Source: Desulfobacterales bacterium
GTDB taxonomy: Bacteria > Desulfobacterota > Desulfobacteria > Desulfobacterales > UBA2174
Length of the DNA stretch: 64,000 nt
NCBI GenBank assembly: GCA_963668645.2
Contig: CAXXWC010000001.1
Location: forward strand, 256,001 to 320,000
Direction of reading: 5' to 3'
In this document: in pieces, positions 25,733 through 35,376 of the stretch
How the letters are laid out: each line of letters opens with the position of its first letter
How positions within the stretch are numbered: position 1 is the first letter of the stretch
Program-made: the position numbers and the translations under genes
Notes under the pieces: generated by a model
What the model was told of the DNA's origin: nothing
Database searches by the model: none
Seen by the model: the letters and a program-made list of their open reading frames with translations, nothing else

Positions 25733-27730
25733 TTACTGGGAGCGGGCCACTTCGATGGTAAATTCGTCCAGATCCGCGGGCAGATTATGGAAAACCACCA
25801 TGAAGGGGATCACTCCGCCCGGGGGGACATTCAGGTTCGACTTGTTGGCACCGGTACGATTGTCGAGTCGCTTTTGAATCTGCGCCAACGGCAGGTGCGC
25901 CAGGTCCAGATCCGCCAGCACGTTGCCGCATGAAACCGTCTCAGTCGCCACCATTTTTTTGCCCTTCTGGAAAATCTTGCCCTGGACCTGGATGAAACTG
26001 TGCGGCTGGGGATAGTCGTTGCGCACCTTACCGGTGATCACAAAGAGCCGGCCCGCCTGGGAATTGTCCACAAAGCGGCTGTTGATATCTGAAGTGGAAA
26101 TCTTCAAATTGCCCAACTCGTCCTTGATGACCTGGGGGGCCAACATATCGGACACGAAAGGAATTCTGACCCCCATCAGGTGGGCCCCGTAAACACCCCC
26201 GCCCAGCAACAGAAGAATCAGCAACAGGACCAACAACGGACTCGGCCCCCTTTTGATTTTCGGCTCCGGCGGGACCGAACCGGCCGCCATTTCCGCTTCC
26301 TGGCCTTCTCCCGGCTCTCCCAACTTGCCGAAACGAAGGGTCGCCTGGCCGTCAAAGGTCTGGTCGTCCACGAGGGTCTCGGCCTGGATTTCTTCGAAGA
26401 GGGCTGTGACCTGGCCCAAATCCTGGGTGCTGACCAGATCCAGGTCTTCCTCCTGGGTAGTTTCCTTTTGCGTCGACGATTTCGTGGTCGAATCCGGGTC
26501 GGGTTCGTCCTCGTCAAACCCTTCATCGGCTTGCAGCATCTCTTCGATTTCGCTCAGATCGAGTTCCTCATCCACGCCCAGGGCTTCGTCCGCAGTCTTA
26601 TGGGACTCGGCCTCGGCGTCCTGATCGTCCATTTCCAGATCGAGGTTGAAATCAAGGTCGAGCGCTTCGAGTTCCTCGTCTCGCTGAGGCATGGCGATAT
26701 CCAAAGCCTTTTCGAGCTCAGTCAGATCAAGTTCCTCTCCCGGAGCTCCGTTTTCTCCGGGTTCGACCTCTATTCCGTCACCGGTTCGGTCCTCTGCTGC
26801 AGCCGCGACAGGCTCTTCCAGCGTCGGATCCTCTTCGAGATCCAGATTGAGATCCAGGCCCAGGTCCTTATCGGAATCGGATTCGTCCTCGTCCGGCATC
26901 TCTAAAAAGGCAGGCCCTTTTTCAATATCCAGATCGAGATCCAAGTCCAGCCCCTGACCGGATGGGCCTGCCTGCGGCGCCTCTTCCAGTACCAGTCCCT
27001 CTTCGAATTCCAGATCCAGGTCCAGCTCCAGGTCCTGACCCGATTCGTCCGCATCCGGCGCCTCATCCAGCACCGGCTCCTCTTCGAGATATAGATCGAG
27101 ATCCAGGTCCAGGTCCTGACCCGATTCGCCCGCATCCGGCGCCTCATCCAGCACCGGCTCCTCTTCGAGATATAGATCGAGATCCAGGTCCAGGTCCTGA
27201 CCCGATTCGTCCACGTCCGGCATCTCTTCCAAGGCCGGTCCTTCCTCGACATCCAGATCGAGATCCAGGTCCAGGTCCTGACCCGATTCGTCCGCGTCCG
27301 GCATCTCTTCCAAGGCTGGTCCTTCCTCGATATCCAGATCGAGGTCCAGGTCCAGGTCCAAATCCTGAGCGAATTCGGGGTCCGGATCAGTCTCCGCTTC
27401 AGCCGTCCGCTGCCAATCAGAATCCGGCGCCGCATTTTCCTCGAATAGCGCCCCTGAATCATCGACGTCTGGATCCAGGTCCAATTCCGAGCCGAATTCT
27501 TGGGTGCCGCCGGTTTCATCCCGGGAGTCATCCGCGTCCGGCATCGCCTTCTCATCGGTGGCCTGGGGCGCCTCCTCGGCAGGGGCAGGCTCCGCAACCT
27601 GGGCAGGCGGCGAAGGATAGGCCACGAACAGGTTGCCGCAGTTGCTGCAACGGACTTTGGAGCCTCCTGGCGCCAGAAGTGTTTCATCCAATTGGTAGCT
27701 CGATTTGCAATTCTGGCAGGTTATGATCAT
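25733..27730 (-). CDS. Zinc-ribbon (MJ0042-type) / acidic repeat linker / TM / DUF3426-like protein
   Basis: MIITCQNC...KVRCSNC zinc finger, long D/E/L-rich linker, single TM helix and a C-terminal beta domain (LFVITGKVRN...PFMVVF). Confidence 0.85.
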   Translation of the reverse strand: MIITCQNCKSSYQLDETLLAPGGSKVRCSNCGNLFVAYPSPPAQVAEPAPAEEAPQATDEKAMPDADDSRDETGGTQEFGSELDLDPDVDDSGALFEENAAPDSDWQRTAEAETDPDPEFAQDLDLDLDLDLDIEEGPALEEMPDADESGQDLDLDLDLDVEEGPALEEMPDVDESGQDLDLDLDLYLEEEPVLDEAPDAGESGQDLDLDLDLYLEEEPVLDEAPDADESGQDLELDLDLEFEEGLVLEEAPQAGPSGQGLDLDLDLDIEKGPAFLEMPDEDESDSDKDLGLDLNLDLEEDPTLEEPVAAAAEDRTGDGIEVEPGENGAPGEELDLTELEKALDIAMPQRDEELEALDLDFNLDLEMDDQDAEAESHKTADEALGVDEELDLSEIEEMLQADEGFDEDEPDPDSTTKSSTQKETTQEEDLDLVSTQDLGQVTALFEEIQAETLVDDQTFDGQATLRFGKLGEPGEGQEAEMAAGSVPPEPKIKRGPSPLLVLLLILLLLGGGVYGAHLMGVRIPFVSDMLAPQVIKDELGNLKISTSDINSRFVDNSQAGRLFVITGKVRNDYPQPHSFIQVQGKIFQKGKKMVATETVSCGNVLADLDLAHLPLAQIQKRLDNRTGANKSNLNVPPGGVIPFMVVFHNLPADLDEFTIEVARSQ
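26830..27365. repeat. Intragenic 81-bp (27-aa) acidic tandem repeat
   Basis: GGTCCTGACC recurs at 27031, 27112, 27193 and 27274; unit EEGPALEEMPDADESGQDLDLDLDLDV, about 6 copies. Confidence 0.85.
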
Positions 27731-28278
27731 GGCGCACCCTTTTGGTTGAGTTTAAGGTGGTAGATTCCCGGCAGTTGCCGGTACTGTTCAGCGTAGTCCA
27801 AACCGTACCCGACCAGGAATCCCTCGCCGATTTGAAATCCACTGTAGGCAATCGGCACCTTCTGCTGGCGCCTTTCGTGCTTATCGATCATCGCGCAGAT
27901 CCGAACACTGCGGGCCCCCAGGGCCTCGAAATGGGTAGTCAGATGGGCTAGGGTCAGGCCCGTGTCCACGATATCCTCGACCAGCAATACGTCTTTGTTG
28001 CACACATCGAGACCGGGATCTCGGGTCAGGGTGATCGTTCCCGAAGAAACGCTCTGAGAACCGTAGCTGGAAGCGCCGATAAAATCCACCGTCACTGAAA
28101 TGGTCAGATGACGCACCAGATCGGCCATAAAAATAAAAGCGCCCTTGAGCACGCCGATCATTACCAGATCACCGTCCTGATAATCCTTCGAAATCAGACG
28201 CGCCATCTCAGCGACCCGCTTTTCGATCGCCTCAGGGCTCAACACGGGCAGGAGTTCAGACATAGGCTTAGTGGACAT
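27727..28278 (-). CDS. hpt: Hypoxanthine phosphoribosyltransferase
   Basis: IGVLKGAFIFMADL, VLLVEDIVDTGLTL PRPP motif, FLVGYGLDYAEQYRQLP. Confidence 0.95.
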   Translation of the reverse strand: MSTKPMSELLPVLSPEAIEKRVAEMARLISKDYQDGDLVMIGVLKGAFIFMADLVRHLTISVTVDFIGASSYGSQSVSSGTITLTRDPGLDVCNKDVLLVEDIVDTGLTLAHLTTHFEALGARSVRICAMIDKHERRQQKVPIAYSGFQIGEGFLVGYGLDYAEQYRQLPGIYHLKLNQKGAP

Positions 28279-28377
28279 TCATCACAATGGGGTGAGATCG
28301 CCGAATTTGAGCAAGCGGGCCCATCAATGGCTGCAAATCTATCTCTTGGGATTTATCTTGTCAATAAATTTAGCTTG

Positions 28378-29268
28378 TTACAAGCCGCTTTGCGCCAACT
28401 CATCGACCAACCGGCGCTGGTCGTCGGTCAGTTTCTTTGGCATAATCACATGGATACGGACGAACAGATCCCCTTTCCCTTCCCCCCGGGAACGGGGTAA
28501 TCCCTGGCCTGCCAAGCGCATGCGGGTTTTGTGATTCACTCCCGGCGGCACTTTGAGACTGACCGTCTTGCCCTCCAGGGTGGGAACCGTGACGCTGGTG
28601 CCCAGCAAGGCCTCGCTAAGACGGATATCCCGCTGCACGGTCAAATCGCTGCCTTCGACTTCAAAAACCGGATCCTTGAGAAAGTAGGTTTTGATGTACA
28701 GATCGCCCGCCGCTCCACCGTAAGGGCTCGGCTCTCCCTTGCCGGCCAGCCGCAGCTTCTGGCCGGAGCGAACCCCCCGGGGGATTTTGACCTCCACCCG
28801 TTCGATGCGGTCCCCATGTTGGAGGTTCACCGTCCTGGTGGTCCCTTCGGCCGCCTCTTTGAGGGTCAAGCCCAACTCGTAAATAAGGTCCGATCCTTTG
28901 GGCAGGGATTGCCGCCGGGTGCGCCCGCCGAAAGGCGATTGGTTGCCGCCAAAGGAGAAACGAGCATTGCCGCCCTTGCCGCCGAAGCCGAATTCCTTGA
29001 GAATTTCACTGAAATCAAACCCGCGGAAGATATCTTCCTGGCTGAATCGTTGCTGAAACCCGGCGGCGCCGAACTCGTCATACTGTTTGCGCTTTTCCAC
29101 ATCGCTGAGCACCGCGTAGGCTTCACTGATTTTTTTGAACTTCTCTTCGGCCGACTTGTCATCCTTGGCGTGATCCGGATGGTATTTCATTGCCAACCGG
29201 CGATACGCCTTCTTGATCTGGTCGGCGGTGGCACTCTTTTCGACCCCTAATTCCTTATAGTAGTCCAT
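28378..29268 (-). CDS. DnaJ-class co-chaperone without zinc finger (CbpA-like)
   Basis: MDYYKELGV...KYHPD J-domain, G/F-rich region and DnaJ_C, with no CxxCxGxG repeats. Start refined to 29268. Confidence 0.9.
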   Translation of the reverse strand: MDYYKELGVEKSATADQIKKAYRRLAMKYHPDHAKDDKSAEEKFKKISEAYAVLSDVEKRKQYDEFGAAGFQQRFSQEDIFRGFDFSEILKEFGFGGKGGNARFSFGGNQSPFGGRTRRQSLPKGSDLIYELGLTLKEAAEGTTRTVNLQHGDRIERVEVKIPRGVRSGQKLRLAGKGEPSPYGGAAGDLYIKTYFLKDPVFEVEGSDLTVQRDIRLSEALLGTSVTVPTLEGKTVSLKVPPGVNHKTRMRLAGQGLPRSRGEGKGDLFVRIHVIMPKKLTDDQRRLVDELAQSGL

Positions 29269-29428
29269 CTTAATCTTTCCAAGCCGCCCTTGATATCCCG
29301 GCATTCCGATGTGGCAGCCGGTGCGGGCGGCGTTTGACAACCACGTAAACGGCTAAAATAAACGCTTAATCGACCCCTAAAAATAGCGCCGATGGCCTTC
29401 AAGTCAAGGCACAGGCCCGCAGATCCAG

Positions 29429-29825
29429 GGCCCTGTCAAAGTTGGAATCCGTTTTCTTTGGGTGTCGGATTTTTAAATTGTCACCATTTCCCGCCTGTCT
29501 TCTCAAATGCAGGTTCCTCTTTTCGTCATCCCGAGCCCCTCCTTCCTTGTCATCCCGAGTGACCACGAGGGATCTACAGTTGAGAAAGAACGGCGGGGAA
29601 AAGAGTTCGTCAGAATGACAGCCGGAAAAAGAGCTCGCCGGAATAAAAGCCGGGGAAAGAACTCTCTGGAATGACAGCGGGGAAAAGTGTCATCCCGAGC
29701 AGCCCCCCTCCCCTGTCATCCCGAGTGGCCACAAGGGATCTGCAGTCAGAAAAACCGGCGGAACCAAAAACCTCCAGGCAGAAAAAATCCCTCTCCATGA
29801 AGTCATCGCAGGACTTTGATGGACC
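29429..29825 (-). repeat. MITE-like repeat family, copy A (inverted relative to B and C, internally expanded)
   Basis: Ends GGCCCTGTCAAAG / CTTTGATGGACC with four GTCATCCCGAG motifs. The reverse complement aligns with 34790-35035 and 41744-41946. Confidence 0.8.
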
Positions 29826-29936
29826 GTGCCGCAGATCATCCGCCTCCTGCAAGGCCCGGCGCCTGGCCCCGCCACCTCAAACGGATCCGGCCGGGCGGCG
29901 GTCTCCATAAAGCCGGTCCGCCCGGTGTTGATAAAA

Positions 29937-31871
29937 TCATGGGGGCCCGTTGCCTCGGTCCTGCCCAAAACCCGATGCGCCGGGCAACCGGCTGCGTTCC
30001 TCTGCCATGGATCGCGCCTTGAGCATGACCATCAGCACCGAAATGGCCGCCGGGGTCATGCCGTCGATGCGCGAGGCCTGGCCCAGAGAGGCGGGGCGTA
30101 CCTCGGCCAGCTTCTGGCGCAGCTCGTTGGAAAGCCCCTGCACCGGTCCATAGTCGAAGTCGTCCGGGATGCGGATCTTTTCCAGATGCTGGAAGCGATC
30201 GATCTGTGACAGTTGGCGTTCGATATAGCCGGCGTATTTCACTTCGATTTCCACCTGCCGCACCACCCGCGGGTCCAGGGCCTGGGGGTTGGGATCGATG
30301 CCTGTCAAGCGGCCGTAATCGAGTTCCGGGCGCCGCAGCAGCTGTTCGAGGGAAACCCCGCTGCGGATAGGCGGCGACTGGCATCGCGCCAGGTGCGCAT
30401 TGGCGTCGCCGGGTGCGACGACCGTGGCGCGCAGCCGCTCCATTTCAGCGGCGATGGCCCGGCGCCGGACCTCCACCTCGTCCGCCGCCCCAGCATCGGT
30501 CAGCCCCAGCTCGCGGCCGATGGCCATGAGGCGCAAATCGGCGTTGTCTTCGCGCAGCATCAGCCGGTACTCGGCCCGGGAGGTGAACATGCGGTACGGT
30601 TCGCGGGTGCCGCGGGTGACCAGGTCGTCGACCATCACCGCCATGTAGGCCTGGCTGCGATCCAGGATGAAAGGCGGCCGTTTCTGGATTTGGCAGGCGG
30701 CGTTGACCCCGGCCCACAGCCCCTGGGCCGCGGCCTCCTCGTAGCCCGAGGTGCCGTTGATCTGCCCGGCGAAATAGAGCCCGGCCACCGGCTTGGTCTC
30801 CAGGGTGGGCTTTAGCTGCACCGGATTGATGTAGTCGTACTCGATGGCGTAGGCCGGCCGCATCACCTCGGCCGCTTCGAGCCCTGCCACGGCCCGCACC
30901 ACCTGGAGCTGAATCTCCATCGGCAGGCTGTTGCCCAGGCCGCTGGCGTAGATCTCCTCGGTATCGAGTCCCTCGGGTTCGAGAATCACCTGATGGCTTT
31001 CCTTTTGCGGAAAGCGGACCACCTTGTCCTCGAAGCTCGGGCAGTAGCGGGCCGAGACCCCCTTGATCACGCCCCCGTAAAGGGCCGACAGGTGCAGGTG
31101 CTGCCGCACGATGGCGTGCACCCGCTGGCTGGTGCGGCCGATATAGCTCGGAAGCTGGGGCAGCTGGATCCCGGAGCTGAAGCAGGACAACGGCACCGGC
31201 GCGGCGTCGACCTCCTGGGCCTCGAAGCGCGAAAAATCGATGCTCGACCGCTTGAGCCGCGGCGGGGTTCCGGTCTTCATGCGCCCCAGGGTGAAGCCGA
31301 GCCGCTTCAGGTCGCCGGCCAGCGCCTCGCTGGCAAACTCCCCGGCCCGCCCGGCGTGGATCGTCTTGAAGCCGATATGCACCAGCCCCTTGAGGAAGGT
31401 CCCGGTGGCCAGCACGACCGCATCGGCGCGGTACCCGTAGCCGGTGGCGTCCTCGACGCCGGCCACGGCCCCGTTTTCCACCACCAGGCGCTCGACCATG
31501 GCCTGCTTGAGTTCCAGCCCGGGCTGGGCTTCCACGATCTGTTTCATGGCCCGGTGGTAGCGCTGCTTGTCGTTCTGGGTGCGCGAACTTTGAACCGCCG
31601 GCCCCTTCTTGGTATTGAGGGTCTTGTACTGAATCGCCGAAAGGTCCGAAACCCGGGCCATGGCCCCGCCCAGGGCATCGATCTCCTTGACGAGCTGGCC
31701 CTTGGCCATGCCGCCGATGGACGGGCTGCACGGCATGGCGGCCAGCTTGTCCAGATCGATGGCCAGCAGCAGCACGCTGCAGCCCATGCGGGCCGCGGCC
31801 AGGGCCGCCTCGCAGCCTGCATGGCCGGCGCCCACGACGATGATATCGAACTTGCGCGGATAAATGCTCAT
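29937..31871 (-). CDS. mnmG: tRNA uridine-5-carboxymethylaminomethyl modification enzyme
   Basis: [62 protein letters not shown]. Start refined to MSIYPRKFD. Confidence 0.97.
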   Translation of the reverse strand: MSIYPRKFDIIVVGAGHAGCEAALAAARMGCSVLLLAIDLDKLAAMPCSPSIGGMAKGQLVKEIDALGGAMARVSDLSAIQYKTLNTKKGPAVQSSRTQNDKQRYHRAMKQIVEAQPGLELKQAMVERLVVENGAVAGVEDATGYGYRADAVVLATGTFLKGLVHIGFKTIHAGRAGEFASEALAGDLKRLGFTLGRMKTGTPPRLKRSSIDFSRFEAQEVDAAPVPLSCFSSGIQLPQLPSYIGRTSQRVHAIVRQHLHLSALYGGVIKGVSARYCPSFEDKVVRFPQKESHQVILEPEGLDTEEIYASGLGNSLPMEIQLQVVRAVAGLEAAEVMRPAYAIEYDYINPVQLKPTLETKPVAGLYFAGQINGTSGYEEAAAQGLWAGVNAACQIQKRPPFILDRSQAYMAVMVDDLVTRGTREPYRMFTSRAEYRLMLREDNADLRLMAIGRELGLTDAGAADEVEVRRRAIAAEMERLRATVVAPGDANAHLARCQSPPIRSGVSLEQLLRRPELDYGRLTGIDPNPQALDPRVVRQVEIEVKYAGYIERQLSQIDRFQHLEKIRIPDDFDYGPVQGLSNELRQKLAEVRPASLGQASRIDGMTPAAISVLMVMLKARSMAEERSRLPGASGFGQDRGNGPP

Positions 31872-32057
31872 GGATAAAACCCGAAATCCGGAATCCGGAT
31901 TTGATGCGATGCCTTCGTTTATGGCCTTTGTCTCTTTTTGGTGATCAAAAGGGCCACGCTTCCTTAATCCTTTAACCGCCAACCTGCAACCGGCCTCTTG
32001 CCAGCGGCCGGAAAATCCTGATAACCGATATTCCAAACCCGGGTCAAGCGAGGTCCC

Positions 32058-33026
32058 GTGAACGACAAACCCTATTACGACCTGAACAGCTTCCTGCGCC
32101 GGCATTTCGGGATGCGGGTCCAGAAAATCACCGTGGACGCCGGCTTCACCTGCCCCAACCGGGACGGCACCCTGGGCACGGGCGGGTGCATCTACTGCAA
32201 CGCCCGCGGCTCGGGAACCGGGGCCTGCGGCCGCGGCGTCTCGATCCGCGAGCAGCTCGAAGCAGGCCGCGCCGCGATGGCCCGCCGCTACAAGGCCAAG
32301 GCGTTCATCGCCTATTTTCAGGCCTATTCAAACACCTATGCCCCGGTTGAGATCCTGCGCCAACGCTACGATGAGGCCCTGGCCGTGCCCGGAGTGGTGG
32401 GCCTGGCCATCGGCACCCGGCCCGATTGCGTCGATGAGCGCGTCCTGGACCTGCTCGGCGAATACGCCCGGCGCACCATGGTCTGGGTCGAGTACGGCCT
32501 CCAGTCGGCCCACGACCGCACCCTGGCGGCCATCGCCAGGGGACACGATTTCGGTGCCTTCTGCCGCGCCGTAGAGGCCACCCGCAACCGGGGGATCTAC
32601 ACCTGCGCCCACGTGATCCTCGGCCTTCCCGGAGAAACGGCCGCCGACATGCGCGCCACGGCCCGGGCCGTGGCCGGGCTGGGCATCGACGGGATCAAGC
32701 TGCACCTGCTTTATGTGGTGAAGGGCACCGGGATGGAGCGGCTCTTTCGCCGGGGCGATTATCAGTGCCTGGCGCAATCCGAGTATGTGGAGCGGGTCTG
32801 CGATGTGCTCGAACGGCTGCCGCCGCAGATGGTCATCCAGCGCCTGACCGGCGACCCCCACCCCGATGAGCTGGTGGCCCCGGACTGGTCGTTGCGCAAG
32901 CGCGAAACCCTGGACCAGATCCACGCGGCCCTGGCGCGCCGCCAGACTTTTCAGGGGAAACTGTATCGCCCGGGACTGCTTGTTGAATCAGCCCCCACCG
33001 CCGCACCCCGGCCTGGCGTGGAATGA
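32058..33026 (+). CDS. TIGR01212 family radical SAM protein (YhcC/YtqA-like)
   Basis: [59 protein letters not shown]. Confidence 0.92.
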   Translation: MNDKPYYDLNSFLRRHFGMRVQKITVDAGFTCPNRDGTLGTGGCIYCNARGSGTGACGRGVSIREQLEAGRAAMARRYKAKAFIAYFQAYSNTYAPVEILRQRYDEALAVPGVVGLAIGTRPDCVDERVLDLLGEYARRTMVWVEYGLQSAHDRTLAAIARGHDFGAFCRAVEATRNRGIYTCAHVILGLPGETAADMRATARAVAGLGIDGIKLHLLYVVKGTGMERLFRRGDYQCLAQSEYVERVCDVLERLPPQMVIQRLTGDPHPDELVAPDWSLRKRETLDQIHAALARRQTFQGKLYRPGLLVESAPTAAPRPGVE

Positions 33027-33053
33027 TCCGGCCCTGCCGACCTCAGAGCATGG

Positions 33054-34697
33054 TCAATCCAGGGGCACGAACCGCTTGGCCAGAGGCAGGCGCCGCCCCT
33101 CGCCAAAGGCTTTGGGGGTGATCTTGAGCCCCGGGGCCGCCTGGTTGCGCTTGTATTCGTTGCGGTCCACCCGGCCGACGACATCGACCACCGTATCCCG
33201 GTCGAATCCCTCGGCTGCCAGGCGTCCCACGCCCTTGGATTCTTCCACGTACCCTTTGAGGATGCGGTCGAGCAGGTCGTAGGGCGGCAGGTCGTCCTGA
33301 TCGGTCTGGTCCGGCTTGAGTTCCGCCGAAGGTGCCTTTTCCAGGATGCGCGAGGGGATGATCTCGCCCTGGCGGTTGATGTAGCGCGACACCTCATAGA
33401 CCAGGGTCTTGGGCACGTCGCTGATCACCGCCAGGCCCCCGTTCATGTCCCCGTACAGGGTGCAGTAGCCCACCGCCAGCTCGCTCTTGTTGCCCGTGGA
33501 GAGTACCAGGGCCCCGTCGCGGTTGGAAATGCCCATCAGCAGGGTGCCGCGAATGCGGGCCTGGATGTTCTGCTCGGTGATCCCCGGGGCCGCCGGATCG
33601 AAGTCCGGACTGAGCTGCCGCACGAAGGCGGCGAAGATCTCGTCAATCGGCAGCACCTGGTAGCCGATGCCGAGGTTGCGTGCCAGCGCTTGGGTGTCGG
33701 TGTAGTTGTCGGCCGAGGTGTAGGCCGAGGGCATGAAGACCGTCTGGACGTTTTCGGCCCCCAGGGCCTCGGCGGCGATGCAGGCCGTCAGGGCCGAGTC
33801 GATGCCGCCGGAAAGACCCACCACGGCCCGGGCAAACCCGCATTTGGTCACGTAGTCGCGGGTCCCGAGCACCAGGGCCCGGTAGGCCGCCTCGGCCGGC
33901 GAGGCGCTCGGCGTGCGCCGCTCGCCTGCCATGACGGCGGTGTCGAAAACCACCAGGTCCTCGGCGAAGTCGGCCGCCCGGGCCGCGAGCCGCCCCCCGG
34001 CGTCAAAGGCGGCGCTGGCGCCGTCGAAGATCAGGCTGTCGTTGCCCCCCACCTGGTTGGCGAAGACCACCGGAAGGTGGTGCTTGCTTGCCGCGGCGGC
34101 GAGCATCCGCTCGCGAAAGGCCGGTTTTTCGAGATCGAAGGGCGAGGCGGCCACGTTGATCAAAAGATCGGCGCCGGCCTCGGCCATGGCTGCCACCGGG
34201 TCGATGTGGTAGAGTGGGCGGGAGAAGATGTCCTTGTCGTTCCAGACGTCCTCGCAGATGCTCAGCCCCAGCCGGTACCCCTTAAACTCGACCACGGCGT
34301 TTTCCGTACCCGGCTCGAAGTAGCGGCTCTCGTCGAACACGTCGTAGGTGGGCAAGAGCCGTTTGCAGGACCGGTGGAGTATCCGGCCGTCTTCAAACAG
34401 CGCCGCGGCGTTGAAAAGCGGCTTGCCCCGCTCCTCGGGATTGCGGTCCACGTAGCCGACGATCATGCCGATGCCGTGCACCGTGTCGACCAGATGGTTG
34501 AGGGCATCGAGGTTGGCCTGGATAAAATAGTCCTTTTCCAGCAGGTCGCGCGGCGGATAGCCCGAGAGCGCCAGCTCGGAAAAGACCGCCAGGTCGCAGC
34601 CGCGCTGCCTGGCCTCGGCCGCCCGGGCGGCGATCTTGGCGGTGTTGCCCTTGAAGTCCCCTATGAGGAAATCTGCCTGGATGATAGCGATTTTCAT
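33054..34697 (-). CDS. nadE: Glutamine-dependent NAD+ synthetase
   Basis: CN-hydrolase domain (FSEL, K, ICED) plus GLSGGIDS, NIQARIRG, TGNKSE and PSAELKPDQTDQDDLPPY. Confidence 0.96.
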   Translation of the reverse strand: MKIAIIQADFLIGDFKGNTAKIAARAAEARQRGCDLAVFSELALSGYPPRDLLEKDYFIQANLDALNHLVDTVHGIGMIVGYVDRNPEERGKPLFNAAALFEDGRILHRSCKRLLPTYDVFDESRYFEPGTENAVVEFKGYRLGLSICEDVWNDKDIFSRPLYHIDPVAAMAEAGADLLINVAASPFDLEKPAFRERMLAAAASKHHLPVVFANQVGGNDSLIFDGASAAFDAGGRLAARAADFAEDLVVFDTAVMAGERRTPSASPAEAAYRALVLGTRDYVTKCGFARAVVGLSGGIDSALTACIAAEALGAENVQTVFMPSAYTSADNYTDTQALARNLGIGYQVLPIDEIFAAFVRQLSPDFDPAAPGITEQNIQARIRGTLLMGISNRDGALVLSTGNKSELAVGYCTLYGDMNGGLAVISDVPKTLVYEVSRYINRQGEIIPSRILEKAPSAELKPDQTDQDDLPPYDLLDRILKGYVEESKGVGRLAAEGFDRDTVVDVVGRVDRNEYKRNQAAPGLKITPKAFGEGRRLPLAKRFVPLD

Positions 34698-34789
34698 GGT
34701 GATAGCGTCCCTGTTAGGCGTTCGTTCTGGCGACGATCTACTATAGGGCCAGTTGTGAAGTCAATGCGAGATGGGAAAGGGAGGTCGAG

Positions 34790-35035
34790 TTCCGGAAAAG
34801 TCCTGCGACGACTTCATCGAGAGGGATTTTTTTCTGTTTTGGGGTTTTTGTCTTGCCGGTTTTTCTGACTGCAGATCCCTCGTCCTGCCTCCTCGGGATG
34901 ACAATCGGAGGGGGCACCGGGATGACAACCTCTCTCCCGCGTCATTCCGAACGGCAGTGAGGAATCTGCAAGTTGAGAAGATCAGCGGGAAACGGTGACA
35001 ATTTAAAAATCCGACCCGCCAAAAGAGCGGATCCC
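34790..35035 (+). repeat. MITE-like repeat family, copy B
   Basis: Shares GACTGCAGATCCCTCGTC..CCTCCTCGGGATGACA and GTCATTCCGAACGG.AGTGAGGAATCTGCAAGTTG with copy C in the same orientation. Confidence 0.8.
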
Positions 35036-35228
35036 TGGCGATCTATTTCTATCGTACATACGGACGTCCGCCTCTCAATTAGAGCCCGAAAATGCAATCA
35101 ACGCCGCCAGGGTGAATGGCGATGGTCCCGAAACAGTCTCCCAGCAGGCTCCATTCCCGCCGGCCGTAGAAGACGTAGCACGGTTATCGGGCCTCTGCTT
35201 GAACGTCGATCCTCCATAGAGCGAAAGC

Positions 35229-35376
35229 GCCCCAGAGGTCAGAGGCCGGGGGCGGCGGGCCGAAAACCGGTGTAGTTGTCCCGGTTGTGGGGGGAGTAGA
35301 TGTTGCGAAAGGCGCAGCGCACGAACCTGCGGTCGTCGAAGAAGCAGCCGCCGCGCAACACCCGCGCCGCGTCACC
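35229..35376 (-). repeat. Putative DGR variable repeat VR3 (second family)
   Basis: 148-nt ungapped match to 38392-38539 with 17 mismatches, 16 of them at codon positions 1-2, mostly in NNC codons. Confidence 0.8.
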
